This document shows, one piece after another, positions 16,356-26,353 of a DNA stretch of 62,234 nucleotides. The notes beneath the pieces are model-generated. The model was not told where the DNA came from. It saw only the letters and a list, made by a program, of their open reading frames with translations, and did not search any database. Source of the DNA: Candidatus Omnitrophota bacterium (GTDB lineage Bacteria; Omnitrophota; Gorgyraeia; Gygaellales; UBA12090). The first letter of the stretch is position 1; each line of letters opens with the position of its first letter. The stretch lies in assembly GCA_030674475.1 (NCBI GenBank), contig JAUSCZ010000032.1:1-62234 (forward strand), written 5' to 3'. The translations under genes were made by a program, and so were the position numbers.

Positions 16356-16406
16356 AAAGTATTTTCATCCTTATTGGTGCCACGCCTTCGGCGGGGCATG
16401 AAAGTT

Positions 16407-17861
16407 TCATAATATCCCCTTGATTTTCTTAATGATTCCCGCTGCTTCTTCATCCAGCGCTTTCATCTCGTCCAGAATTTTTCCCGGTTCACGCAGCGCT
16501 GTTTCAACCTTCTTACGCGGATTCTTTACCGACAGGTCATAAGTGGTGGTATCCACATCAGCCGCGTTAACCGACCAGGAGTTTGGCGAATCAGCTTTTG
16601 TTCTCTGTAATTTTATAAACTCCACCAGGTCGTTTTCGTTGAGCGGATTAGTCTTGCCCAGGTTACGCTCCAGATTAAGCTGATAAAACCAGACCTTGCC
16701 CGTGGGCGCGCCTTTTTCAAAAAAGAGCACTACGGTTTTAACGCCGGCGCCGGTAAAAGTGCCTCCGGGTAAATCAAGCACTGTATGCAGATTACAGCTT
16801 TCAATAAGCAATTTGCGCAAACTAATGGAAGCATTGTCGGTATTGGAAAGGAAGGTATTCTTAATAACCACACCCGCCCGGCCTCCAGCCTTCAAAATCT
16901 TGATGAAGTGCTGGAGAAAAAGAAACGCGGTCTCGCCGGTTTTAATGGGAAAATTCTGCTGGACTTCGGCGCGTTCCTTGCCGCCAAATGGCGGATTGGC
17001 CAGGACTATGTCATAGCGGTCTTTCTCCTGAATGTCCGCCAGGTTTTCAGCCAGCGTGTTGGTATGCACAATATTGGGCGCTTCAATCCCATGCAAAATC
17101 ATATTCATCGTGCCAATGATATAGGCGAGCGATTTCTTCTCTTTACCATAGAAGGTTTTCTTCTGTAGAACATCAGCGTCTTTGGTGGTCAGGTTCTTAC
17201 TGGTTTTGAGGTATTCAAAGGCTTCGCACAAGAATCCTGCCGAACCGACTGCGCCGTCATAGATCTTGTTTCCGATCTCCGGCGCGACCACTTTCACAAT
17301 CGTCTTGATCAGCGGCCGGGGCGTGTAATACTCGCCGCCGTTTCTGCCCGCGTTGCCCATATTCTTGATCTTAGCTTCATATAGATGCGACATCTCATGT
17401 TTTTCAGCATGGGAGCGAAAACGCAGTTCGTCTATTAAATTAATGACCTCTCGGAGGTTATAGCCACTCTGGATTTTGTTTTTAAGCTCGTTAAAGATCT
17501 CGCCAATCTTATATTCGATGGTATCGGCGCTTTCAGCATTAGTTTTAAACTTTTTCAGGTAAGGAAATAACTTGTGGTCAACGAAATCTTTCAAGTCATC
17601 GCCGCCGAGGGCCTTGTGGTGGTCAAGCTTGCCGTCCTTACCCTTGGGAACAGCCCAAACTTCCCAATGATACTCCGGGCTGATAATACCTGTGTAAGTT
17701 TTACCCGCCAGCTTCGCCGCTGTTTTCTTATCCTTCTCAAGATCATCCAGATATTTCAGGAAGAGAATCCAAGAGGTCTGCTCCACGTAATCCAATTCGC
17801 TGCTACACCCGGCGTCTTTGTGGAGAATGTCATCAATATTCTTAAAAGTCTGTTCAAACAT
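16407..17861 (-). CDS. hsdM: Type I restriction-modification DNA methyltransferase HsdM (N6-adenine)
   Basis: 484 aa. HsdM N-terminal domain, SAM motif DGAVGSAGFL and catalytic NPPFGG. Confidence 0.92.
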   Translation of the reverse strand: MFEQTFKNIDDILHKDAGCSSELDYVEQTSWILFLKYLDDLEKDKKTAAKLAGKTYTGIISPEYHWEVWAVPKGKDGKLDHHKALGGDDLKDFVDHKLFPYLKKFKTNAESADTIEYKIGEIFNELKNKIQSGYNLREVINLIDELRFRSHAEKHEMSHLYEAKIKNMGNAGRNGGEYYTPRPLIKTIVKVVAPEIGNKIYDGAVGSAGFLCEAFEYLKTSKNLTTKDADVLQKKTFYGKEKKSLAYIIGTMNMILHGIEAPNIVHTNTLAENLADIQEKDRYDIVLANPPFGGKERAEVQQNFPIKTGETAFLFLQHFIKILKAGGRAGVVIKNTFLSNTDNASISLRKLLIESCNLHTVLDLPGGTFTGAGVKTVVLFFEKGAPTGKVWFYQLNLERNLGKTNPLNENDLVEFIKLQRTKADSPNSWSVNAADVDTTTYDLSVKNPRKKVETALREPGKILDEMKALDEEAAGIIKKIKGIL

Positions 17862-17920
17862 TGCTATTCCTTTTTATTTTCATTGAATCCATTATCATTT
17901 ACAAAAAAACACCTAAAAAA

Positions 17921-17950
17921 CAAAAAACCCTCGCCTTGGGAGCGAAGGTT
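17921..17950 (-). terminator. Intrinsic terminator
   Basis: Minus-strand CCUUCGC-UCCCAAG-GCGAGGG followed by UUUUUU. Confidence 0.6.
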
Positions 17951-18138
17951 TGAGTTATTTTTTCAGCCATAGGCTGATCCGCCTGCGGCGGAAAGTGCCA
18001 GATTTAACCCTTCGAACATAGCACTTTTTCCAATTTTCATAGGGTATATATACCACAAAAAACAGTTTCGGGCAAGCGTTTCTGCCGCTTCTTCGCCGAT
18101 CGGTTATCAGGGGCAATTCGCAATTTTTCCCCTCGACT

Positions 18139-18200
18139 AACCCCTCCCCGCCTCCCCTTGGTAAGGGGAGGATTTCTCACCTCTCCCACAAGGAGAGAGA
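18139..18200. repeat. Composite palindromic element (PLTKGRxGG-type repeat), copy A
   Basis: acccctccccgcctccccttggtaaggggaggatttctcacc plus ctctcccacaaggagagag. The first half matches 33111-33153, the second half resembles 32241-32285. It generates the spurious ORF 18037..18276. Confidence 0.7.
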
Positions 18201-18272
18201 ATAACGAGAAAATACTTGCCCCCACTGACTGACCGATTACGATTCTTCTCAAAAGTTTACGCGCTGGCTTTA

Positions 18273-19661
18273 TCAATCTAAAATTTGCAAGAATGCCTCA
18301 ATTACTTTGGGGTTGAATTGGGTGCCGCTGTTTTTTTTGAGTTCAAGTATTGCTTCCTCTTTACTCAGCGGATTGCGGTAGGCCCGGCAGGAGGTCATCG
18401 CGTCGTAGGCGTCGGCTGCTGAAACGATTGCCGCGAAGATATTGATATTATCTCCGTTTATTTTATCCGGATAACCCAGGGCGTCATGGCGCTCGTGATG
18501 GCTCCTGACCGCGGAGAGCATCTCTTCGCTTATCCTCAAGGGTTTTAAAATCTCTTCTCCGGTGAGGGGATGGTTTCGGATTAACCTTAACTCTTCATCA
18601 GTTAATTTTTCCTTTTTATTCAGGATATTTTCGCTGATTCCTAATTTTCCTATATCGTGGATAGAAGCTATCTCTCTTAAAATCTTTATCTTCTCCTCAG
18701 GAAGCCCCATTTTAACGGCTATACTCCGGGCATAATCCGCCACCCTCTCGGAATGGCCCTTGGTATAAGGGTCTTTGGCCTCTAAGGCCCGGACCAAAGA
18801 CTCTACCACGCGATAGAAATAATCCAGGAGCTTTCCTTGGGATTCAGCCAGGCTCTTGGCCATCTGATTAAAAGACTCAGCCAGTTCGCTTATTTCGTCG
18901 TTCCCTTTGACTTTAACCGTGTAATGAAGATCGCCATGAGAAACGCGGCGCGTCCCTTCTACCAATTTTTCCACCGGCTTGGTTATTCCTTTGGAAATCA
19001 ACATCCCCAGAAGCAAAGAAATAATAACTCCCAGAAGCAAAATGAACAAAAGCCGCCTATATGCCTCTTGCTGGATAAGATAGACCTCCTCCGCGCTAAT
19101 GTCCACGCCTAATACCGCGACCGCCTTTGCCTCCTTATCGCGTATCGGCGCGTATCCGGACAAAGTAACTCCCCATTCATCAGTCTCTAATTCCTTATCC
19201 GCGGACGGGCCCTCAAAGGCCCTAAGCATCTCCGGAAATCTGGCGGCGTTGTATCTGTCTCCGGGATAAGAAGTAGCCCATTGGCGCCGGGTTCTTTCCA
19301 TAGCCGGGCTGGGATCAACTATAAACTGCCAGACGCCCTCTTTTTCGGTCCGGGTAATGGCATAAATGTATTTAATCTGAGAATTTGCCTTTTGGATTTC
19401 CTCTAATTTCCCGGCGATTTCCCGATACTGCGAGGTATTCATCCCTTCGCGCTTTAGAGGAACTTGCATTAATATATCCGCGTCCAGGGCAAGTGCCCCG
19501 GTCTGGGCAATAGCCATCAACTTATCCCTAAGGTCGTTAAGCTTTGAATTAAGCACATACTTATAGATCAAAATATTGCTCATAGCCGCGGCAAAAAACA
19601 TCGCGGCTATCAAGGCCAGGGTCAGCCTGGTTTGAAAACTCCCAAAATTAATCTTTTTCAT
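18273..19661 (-). CDS. Membrane sensor HD-GYP phosphodiesterase (periplasmic Cache-like domain, HAMP, HD-GYP)
   Basis: 462 aa. N-terminal TM, extracytoplasmic domain, second TM, HAMP (PVEKLVEGTRRVSHGDL...), then HSERVA...HDIGK...HHERHDALGYPD. Confidence 0.85.
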   Translation of the reverse strand: MKKINFGSFQTRLTLALIAAMFFAAAMSNILIYKYVLNSKLNDLRDKLMAIAQTGALALDADILMQVPLKREGMNTSQYREIAGKLEEIQKANSQIKYIYAITRTEKEGVWQFIVDPSPAMERTRRQWATSYPGDRYNAARFPEMLRAFEGPSADKELETDEWGVTLSGYAPIRDKEAKAVAVLGVDISAEEVYLIQQEAYRRLLFILLLGVIISLLLGMLISKGITKPVEKLVEGTRRVSHGDLHYTVKVKGNDEISELAESFNQMAKSLAESQGKLLDYFYRVVESLVRALEAKDPYTKGHSERVADYARSIAVKMGLPEEKIKILREIASIHDIGKLGISENILNKKEKLTDEELRLIRNHPLTGEEILKPLRISEEMLSAVRSHHERHDALGYPDKINGDNINIFAAIVSAADAYDAMTSCRAYRNPLSKEEAILELKKNSGTQFNPKVIEAFLQILD

Positions 19662-19676
19662 CTTTTTTCAACCTTT

Positions 19677-22520
19677 CTATCGGCACAAATATCCAAATTG
19701 ACAATAAACGCATTTATTGTATCCTGAGGCATCCGCGCTAAAAGGGATATCGGGATTAAGGATGTCCCGCACTACAAACTCCAGGGCCTTAAGATAAAAT
19801 CGCATAGTCTTCTCTTTAACCTCGAGGCCTTTATCTTTTTTAAAAAGCTCTTTTAGACCAAGATTTTTTCCTAAGTCATTCAGGGTGTAAAGCGCGGCGT
19901 TGATATCCTGGCCCGGATATATCTTTTGGGCAAAATAAAGATATAACGGAAGCTGAAACGACTTAACCGTATCCCGGAGCGTTTCCCGGCTGAAATCTTC
20001 TTCTTGCAGATTGCCCGCGCCTTTAGGCAGTTCGGCTCCGGCGGTTTTATAATCAAGCACCAGCAGGCTGCCGTCGCTTAACCTATCTATCCTATCCAAG
20101 CGACAGATAAACCTGAAGCGCTTCTCATCAATCATCAGCTCATCCTTCAGTTCTAACTCCAGGCCGATAATCTGATCTACTTCCCGCTTGGCCTCATTCT
20201 CCAGAAACCTTTCCAGCCGGATTCGCATTATCTTCTTAATCATGAAAGCATCCGACTTCATCTTTCTTTTGAATTCCGCCTCAAAGTTCTTTTCTAAAAG
20301 CCGGAAAAAACGCTCTTTAAATCTTTGGTTAATCAGCGGTTTTTTTCCGACCAGTCCGGAATAGGCCTCATAAAGTAAATCGTGGATAAACACCCCGACA
20401 TCGCTGGATTCCGGCTCCTCGTTGATAACCTCTTTTTCTCTTAAGCCTAACACATACTGATAATAAAACCTTAACGGACAGCCTAAATAAGTATTGATAC
20501 TGGAGGCCGAATACTCAATCCCTTCTAAAAACTCCATTATTTTCTTATTCTTAGGTTTATTGGCCTTTTCCGAAAGATACTTGACCTCAAAGACGCCCCG
20601 GGGTATCTCCATAACCTCAAGCGCGCCTTGAGCCAGCTGTCTTTCCCAGAGTAATTCTTCGATAAACCGGCTTTTTTCTTTCTGAGAGCTCTCCTCATAA
20701 ATAAGATAGACCTTCTTGGCTCCTGAGAGCAGGCGCTTAAACTGGTAACGTTGAATCTCCTCCTCTTTCTCTAAGCGGTTGAGGCCTAAACTGATCATCA
20801 CTTCCCGGGGCACCAGCGGCTCATAAATTTTAAGCTTGGGCAGAGAATTCTCATTCACATCCAGGATAAGGACATTCTCGAAATTAAGCGAACGGGTCTC
20901 CAGCAATCCCAGAATCTGCAATCCCTTAAGCGGAGAACCGCTAAAAGCGGTTATTTCATGATCCAGCTTATTCATAAATATACGAAACATATCCTCCCGC
21001 TTAAAGACCTCAAGCCCAAACTCAGAGCACTCCAGCTCCTCCTTTATAGAAAATATCCTCTCTAAGATTTTTAAATTCAGAGGATAACTGCCCAAAGATC
21101 CTTTATTAAGCAAAATACCGATAACATTATCTAAACTCAAGGTAAAATCCCTGAAATTACCCGGAGCTTCCCAAGAACAGAAGAAAAGCTGATGCAGCTC
21201 CTTAAGGATATTTTTCAACTCAATATAAGAGATAGAGATATCCATACCTTTGAGAGTAATCAAAGTCAACTCATAGATATCCCTAAGCTCTTCAATCTCC
21301 GCAAGCTGAAAAAATAAACTTCCGCTCACCGCGGTCTTATCCCTGCCGGTAAGTATTTCTTCAATCTTATGGGTGAGCACCCGAACTACCGAAGGTTCAT
21401 TGGCCGCCAGCCTTAAATTCTTCACTAAAGGATGGGCCAACAGCCTTAGATAATCCTTAACATAATAATATCCTTCGGCTTTTTTGGTCTCCTGGGCCTT
21501 AGAGACGCACTCAAAAAGTGAATATACCGGGCTTCTTTTTAAGGGGTAGCCTATGGAAACATTGAAATCTCCCGCCTCCGCGGAAATCTCCGAAAGCAAA
21601 GGAATCAAGCTTTCCGGATTAGGCAGGACAATTACCGTTTTATCCTTATCCTTTATTCCTTTAAGAATATCCCTAGCCAGGCCCACCTGGGAATGCAGAT
21701 CAAAACCCGCCCCCATCCAAAGCTCGCATTCCTCACCCAAGGTGTTAGCTCGCGGCTTTATTGGATAAGACAGGCAGGTGGAGAGTTTTTTAAGCACCGG
21801 CCAATCCTGCTCATCCCCCTGAAAAACAAATACCGCCTTCTCCTTAGCCAAAAGCGCCTCCGCTATCCTGCTTTCAGTTTTATGCAGATAAAACAAATTA
21901 CAGAAAAATATCTCGGAGAACTCGGAAAAATCCGCGTCCTTAACAGCTTCGGAGGCCAAAAGATAAATCAAACCCCGGGTATAGGCCTCGCGCTTTTTAA
22001 GCTCACTATGATAAGCATCCCGGATTAAGGTAATTTTCTCCAGCAAGGAATTGATACTCTGAGGAACATCATAACCAATTGAGGCGTTCAGTTGAATCCG
22101 GTTTAATTCTATCAGCTTGATCTCCTCCAGATCCAGCTGTTCAATGAAAGATAATATCTCTCTGGCCCAGGGTAAAAATAAAGAAAAATCTTCTTTTTCC
22201 TTTAAGATATCCGGGGCGATTTCCCGGGACAGCCGGTAAATAAGAAAACAACTATCCAAGTCCGATATTTTGCGAAAAGGTTTATTTTTAGCTACTACAT
22301 ACTCGGCAAATTCATCCATAGAGAAAAATTTAGGCCCAAAAAATGTCTTGCCTATCCTGGCAGACAGTTCTCTCTTTAAAAACAACTCCGGACGCCTTCC
22401 TCCGAATACCAGGGCGAGATTACTTATATCCCTGGCCTTGCGGATATAATTTTCCTCAATAAAAGAGGCCAGATTATAAATATAATTTTCGGATAAGCTA
22501 TAGCTTATTACCTTTTCCAT
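19677..22520 (-). CDS. addB: AddB-like helicase-nuclease subunit (PD-(D/E)XK nuclease with Fe-S cluster)
   Basis: 947 aa. C-terminal RLDRIDRL...LVLDYKT nuclease motif and terminal Cys cluster (C..CxxCxxxxxC). 23-nt overlap with addA. Confidence 0.75.
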   Translation of the reverse strand: MEKVISYSLSENYIYNLASFIEENYIRKARDISNLALVFGGRRPELFLKRELSARIGKTFFGPKFFSMDEFAEYVVAKNKPFRKISDLDSCFLIYRLSREIAPDILKEKEDFSLFLPWAREILSFIEQLDLEEIKLIELNRIQLNASIGYDVPQSINSLLEKITLIRDAYHSELKKREAYTRGLIYLLASEAVKDADFSEFSEIFFCNLFYLHKTESRIAEALLAKEKAVFVFQGDEQDWPVLKKLSTCLSYPIKPRANTLGEECELWMGAGFDLHSQVGLARDILKGIKDKDKTVIVLPNPESLIPLLSEISAEAGDFNVSIGYPLKRSPVYSLFECVSKAQETKKAEGYYYVKDYLRLLAHPLVKNLRLAANEPSVVRVLTHKIEEILTGRDKTAVSGSLFFQLAEIEELRDIYELTLITLKGMDISISYIELKNILKELHQLFFCSWEAPGNFRDFTLSLDNVIGILLNKGSLGSYPLNLKILERIFSIKEELECSEFGLEVFKREDMFRIFMNKLDHEITAFSGSPLKGLQILGLLETRSLNFENVLILDVNENSLPKLKIYEPLVPREVMISLGLNRLEKEEEIQRYQFKRLLSGAKKVYLIYEESSQKEKSRFIEELLWERQLAQGALEVMEIPRGVFEVKYLSEKANKPKNKKIMEFLEGIEYSASSINTYLGCPLRFYYQYVLGLREKEVINEEPESSDVGVFIHDLLYEAYSGLVGKKPLINQRFKERFFRLLEKNFEAEFKRKMKSDAFMIKKIMRIRLERFLENEAKREVDQIIGLELELKDELMIDEKRFRFICRLDRIDRLSDGSLLVLDYKTAGAELPKGAGNLQEEDFSRETLRDTVKSFQLPLYLYFAQKIYPGQDINAALYTLNDLGKNLGLKELFKKDKGLEVKEKTMRFYLKALEFVVRDILNPDIPFSADASGYNKCVYCQFGYLCR

Positions 22521-25500
22521 CGAATGTGTCCACCTCTAGAGTATCCAAATAAATAATAAATCCCTTACTGCTTAATCCTGGATACAGGTCTTTCAATAAG
22601 CGCGTATATTCTAAGACCTGCTTTTTATACTCCGAAACCTCTGTCTTAGAGCTCTTATAATCTATAACCCAGAGTTCGTCATCGCGGATAATCAGGCGGT
22701 CTATCCTCCTGGTCCGGCCATGCATATCCACCAGCTCTTTTTCCTGAAAAACCCGTGCGGCCCCTAAGAAAAAGAAAGGTTTGAGATTTTTATCTTCTAA
22801 TATCCTTCTCAGGCTTTTTTCAAAGTCAACCCAATCGTAACTCAAGGTAAATTTTGCCTTGGCCTGAGCCAAAGAATTAAAAATAATCCGCTCTACATCC
22901 TGTCCGGATAAATTCCCAATACCGGAAAGAATAAAATGCAGGATATCCCCTTTAATCAACTCGCGCCGTCTTTTAATCAGGGATTCGTCCTCAAACTCAT
23001 CCTTTAGAAAGCTGATCCAATCCTGATAGCAAGGCAGGGCAATTTTTCTTTTTACCAGGGGTTTCTGATTATTAGTATTTTTATAACTTGTCCTCTCCCC
23101 CTTTTCTATGTTTTCCGAAGGCATAAGCAGGCCGGCCAGATTATTGCCCCGGGAAGCCGTTTTCTGGATAAAGGCGTAGAGCTCATATTTTGCCCGGGTG
23201 AAGGCGACATACACGGCATTCAGCTCATCCATAAGCGCCTTTTTATATTCATCAATATACCTATCCTTTAGCTCCGCGGAGAAATCTAAGCTCTCATCTT
23301 TCACTAAATAGCTTAAGGCCAGTTTATCCTGATCAGGATAAACTGTAAACGCTCCGCTTTTATTCCGTCCCGCGCCCGGCTTAATATTTATTTCTAAAAA
23401 AGGGATAACCACCACCCCAAATTCTAATCCCTTGGATTTATGAATAGTCAAAACCTTAACCGCTTCGCAGTCGCACGCATTCACATAAAGATCCTCCGCC
23501 TGATTAGATTCAAAAAATTCCAGAAAAAGGCTGAGATTCTGGTTATCTTCTTCCTGGACCTTAATCAGCTCCAGGAACTTCATAAAAAATCCCTGGTGCT
23601 CCGGGAAATTCTCCATCACCTTAAATTTCGCCAGAACGCTCACTACCAGCTCATACAGCGGGACCAAACCGACATTCTTAAAAAACTCCTCAATTAAGGC
23701 GCTCCAAAATTCAGGATAACTTTGGCGCAGTTCAATATAAAGATAATTTGTCTGGGCCTTTTTCTTAAGATTAAGCCCGAAAATAAAATCATGCATACAC
23801 TGCTGGTCAATGCCGCAGGCGCGGGCGAATATATCCCCCAGGATAAAAGAGGCGAAAGAAAGATTATCTATAGGTGAGTTTAAAAACTTTAAAAATGAAA
23901 CCAGCTCTTTGATATAGGGGTTTTCCCGGATATTCAGGGTTTTCTCCGACTCAACCGGAATACCTTTCTCGATAAGCCAAAGGCTGAATAACTCTACCTC
24001 GGCATTAGACCTGGCCAGCAGGGCTATATCACTATAGGCAAATCTCTCTTTTAAATTACCGACTATATCTAAAACTTTATCCTTGATTACGCCTTGGGCC
24101 GCTTCCTTATCCTCGGCCTCAATGGTCTCAAATTTAACGAAACCGGCGGTATTCTCTTTTTTATATACCTGATGCGCCTCGGCGAATACTCCGGCTATCT
24201 CCTCAATATCTCTCTGGGTAAACTCTAAAGAGTCTTTGGACAGCTCTTGTCTCTGGCTAAAAAAATCCAGGAGATTTTCCCGGGAAAAAATCTGATTGTT
24301 AAATTCTACAATCTCTTTCTGACTGCGGTAATTTTTATTCAACCGTTCCTCTGAGACATTAAACTGCCTGAGATTAGTTTTAAGCTCGTCAATCAAAGAA
24401 ACCTCGCCGCCCCGGAATCTATAGATAGCCTGCTTTTTATCTCCCACATAAAATAAAGAGCCGCCAATAGAAAGCGCCTCGCTCACCATAGGAAAGAGAT
24501 TCTCCCACTGCAATAAACTCGTATCCTGAAACTCATCAATCAAAAAATGCCGGAATTGGGCGGCTAACCTATAGTAAAGCTCAGGAATATTCATCCCTCC
24601 CTCATCAAAAAGCTTACGGGCGCGGCTGTTTAATTCCAGGAGAAAAAGCACATCCTCCTTCCGGGACAAATCTTCCATATACCCCAACACTCCGCTAAAG
24701 ATATCAATATAACAATTAAATAATGAATAAGCCCTCCAGATATAAAACTCAGCTATCTCATCCTTGATTTCTTTCCAAAGCCTGAGCGCGCTCTCATCAA
24801 CCGGAAAGCCTTTTTTCATCTTGAACTCATCCTTAGCAAAAGGCAGGAAAAATTTCTCCACCCCTAAAACGCTAAAGGTTGAGGAATTCATAAAACTACC
24901 CCAGGTCAGCATGTTGATGCCCTCGGGCATCTGTTTCTTTAACTCAGTCATTAGTTTAACGATGCGCTCTTTCTTACCTAACAAGTCTTTGGCATCTTTA
25001 GCGTATCTTTTAAAACCCATCCCGTAAACATTGCTTAAGACAAATAAACTCGCCAGCAAAGAAAGCATATCCGGCTTAGGCAGCCAGCCTTTTTTATTTT
25101 CCAAATAGACATACTGCTCCAGAAAATCCGAAAACATCTCCTGAATTTTCGGTTCGCTATTGGCTTGGTCAATAAACTTATCTAAACTATAGGATAGATA
25201 ATCGGCATAGTTATGCTTGATTCTGAAGGCAGAGGTAAGATGAAACTTAAAGGCGCATCCGGAGAGTATGGCATTGATAAAGCTGTCAATAGTCTGGACC
25301 TGAAAGAAGTTATAGCCCCGGACAATCTCATCCATTATCAGGCGGGCCTTTTTGCCGGCAAACTCTTCCTCCATCCCGATAAAGGACAAAAAATCCTCCT
25401 TGTCCTTAGGGCTGGGAAATTTATCCAGGGCCAGCATCTTTAAAAACTCCAAAATCCTCTCCTTCATCTCAAATGCCGCCTTATTGGAGAAGGTTATAGC

Positions 25501-25647
25501 CAGGACACTCTTTAAAGGAATTTCCGCGAGACTGCCGCTCATCAACAGCCGGATATAGCGCCCGGCCAGGCAATAAGTCTTCCCCGAGCCGGCCGAGGCC
25601 TCAACTATGGTTACCTGGGGAGATAGGGGCGGATTTTGATTAGCCAT
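22498..25647 (-). CDS. addA: AddA/UvrD-family ATP-dependent helicase-nuclease subunit
   Basis: 1049 aa. Walker A EASAGSGKTY, UvrD motifs (LIDEFQDTS, YRS), C-terminal RIDRLII..WVIDYKS nuclease motif. Confidence 0.85.
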   Translation of the reverse strand: MANQNPPLSPQVTIVEASAGSGKTYCLAGRYIRLLMSGSLAEIPLKSVLAITFSNKAAFEMKERILEFLKMLALDKFPSPKDKEDFLSFIGMEEEFAGKKARLIMDEIVRGYNFFQVQTIDSFINAILSGCAFKFHLTSAFRIKHNYADYLSYSLDKFIDQANSEPKIQEMFSDFLEQYVYLENKKGWLPKPDMLSLLASLFVLSNVYGMGFKRYAKDAKDLLGKKERIVKLMTELKKQMPEGINMLTWGSFMNSSTFSVLGVEKFFLPFAKDEFKMKKGFPVDESALRLWKEIKDEIAEFYIWRAYSLFNCYIDIFSGVLGYMEDLSRKEDVLFLLELNSRARKLFDEGGMNIPELYYRLAAQFRHFLIDEFQDTSLLQWENLFPMVSEALSIGGSLFYVGDKKQAIYRFRGGEVSLIDELKTNLRQFNVSEERLNKNYRSQKEIVEFNNQIFSRENLLDFFSQRQELSKDSLEFTQRDIEEIAGVFAEAHQVYKKENTAGFVKFETIEAEDKEAAQGVIKDKVLDIVGNLKERFAYSDIALLARSNAEVELFSLWLIEKGIPVESEKTLNIRENPYIKELVSFLKFLNSPIDNLSFASFILGDIFARACGIDQQCMHDFIFGLNLKKKAQTNYLYIELRQSYPEFWSALIEEFFKNVGLVPLYELVVSVLAKFKVMENFPEHQGFFMKFLELIKVQEEDNQNLSLFLEFFESNQAEDLYVNACDCEAVKVLTIHKSKGLEFGVVVIPFLEINIKPGAGRNKSGAFTVYPDQDKLALSYLVKDESLDFSAELKDRYIDEYKKALMDELNAVYVAFTRAKYELYAFIQKTASRGNNLAGLLMPSENIEKGERTSYKNTNNQKPLVKRKIALPCYQDWISFLKDEFEDESLIKRRRELIKGDILHFILSGIGNLSGQDVERIIFNSLAQAKAKFTLSYDWVDFEKSLRRILEDKNLKPFFFLGAARVFQEKELVDMHGRTRRIDRLIIRDDELWVIDYKSSKTEVSEYKKQVLEYTRLLKDLYPGLSSKGFIIYLDTLEVDTFDGKGNKL

Positions 25648-25758
25648 GAAAGTATTATATCAAGGATGGAATACAACAGGAAGGATATTTTGATAGGGTA
25701 AGCTATCGGCTATTTTTCGCCGGATTCAGCGATTAATAAACCATACCAGAAGAATAAA

Positions 25759-26073
25759 TTACTCCAGCGCCAAAGCGAATTTGATTGCCTTGTCGATCTG
25801 CTCTACTTTCTTTGAATCTAACGAGCAGATTCTTTTGGTGAGAATTGCCTTTCTAATCGTGGTAATCGTATCTAAATTTACTACGCATTGCTGCGGTAAG
25901 CCGTCTTTTTCATTTATCTGCACTTCCACGGGAATATCGCGAATGGTTATGGTAACCTGTGCCACTGTTACGGCATTGCGCACCGCGTAAGCTTCATCGC
26001 GGGAAAGCAAAACTACCGGGCGCCTGCCGATAGGCTGGGGTTGTTCTGTCCACCAGACCTCCCCGCGCCTCAT
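25759..26073 (-). CDS. mazF: MazF/PemK-family type II toxin (endoribonuclease)
   Basis: 104 aa. RRGEVWW...GRRPVVLLS motif. 4-nt overlap with the upstream RHH gene. Confidence 0.8.
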   Translation of the reverse strand: MRRGEVWWTEQPQPIGRRPVVLLSRDEAYAVRNAVTVAQVTITIRDIPVEVQINEKDGLPQQCVVNLDTITTIRKAILTKRICSLDSKKVEQIDKAIKFALALE

Positions 26074-26327
26074 TGTAAATCTTCCTCAGCAAAGGCCTCT
26101 GCCGATGCTTTTTCCATTGCTGCTATTTCTTGAACAGGCTCTGGCTTTTTCTTATACCCTTCCTGGTAACGTTTAACTAATTCTTCTTGCTCTCGGTGGC
26201 CTAACCAAAAGCGGATTGCCTTGTCTATAATGGCACTTCTGGCAAACCCTAATTTTTTACGAATGCGCTCCAGCTTATAAAAATCCTCTTTGGGCAAACT
26301 TATGGCAATCTTCAAAGTATTACGCAT
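26070..26327 (-). CDS. Ribbon-helix-helix (CopG-like) antitoxin
   Basis: 85 aa. N-terminal beta-strand plus helices (KIAISLPKEDFYKLERIRKKLG.ARSAIIDKAI). Confidence 0.65.
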   Translation of the reverse strand: MRNTLKIAISLPKEDFYKLERIRKKLGFARSAIIDKAIRFWLGHREQEELVKRYQEGYKKKPEPVQEIAAMEKASAEAFAEEDLQ

Positions 26328-26353
26328 TTTTATCTACCTCCTTCTCCTACTAA

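Noticed and set aside
16164-16453. Track ORFs 16164..16412 (+) and 16187..16453 (-).
   Set aside because: - Both are translations of the 64-bp MITE/REP-like element (peptides VIPAKAGIQ / IPAFAGMT) and of the RAYT 5' region.
- Neither has an RBS or protein-like composition.
18037-18276. Track ORF 18037..18276 (-), 79 aa.
   Set aside because: - Its core (NPPLTKGRRGGV) is the translation of the palindromic repeat at 18139-18200.
- It has no RBS and lies in the spacer after the HD-GYP gene.
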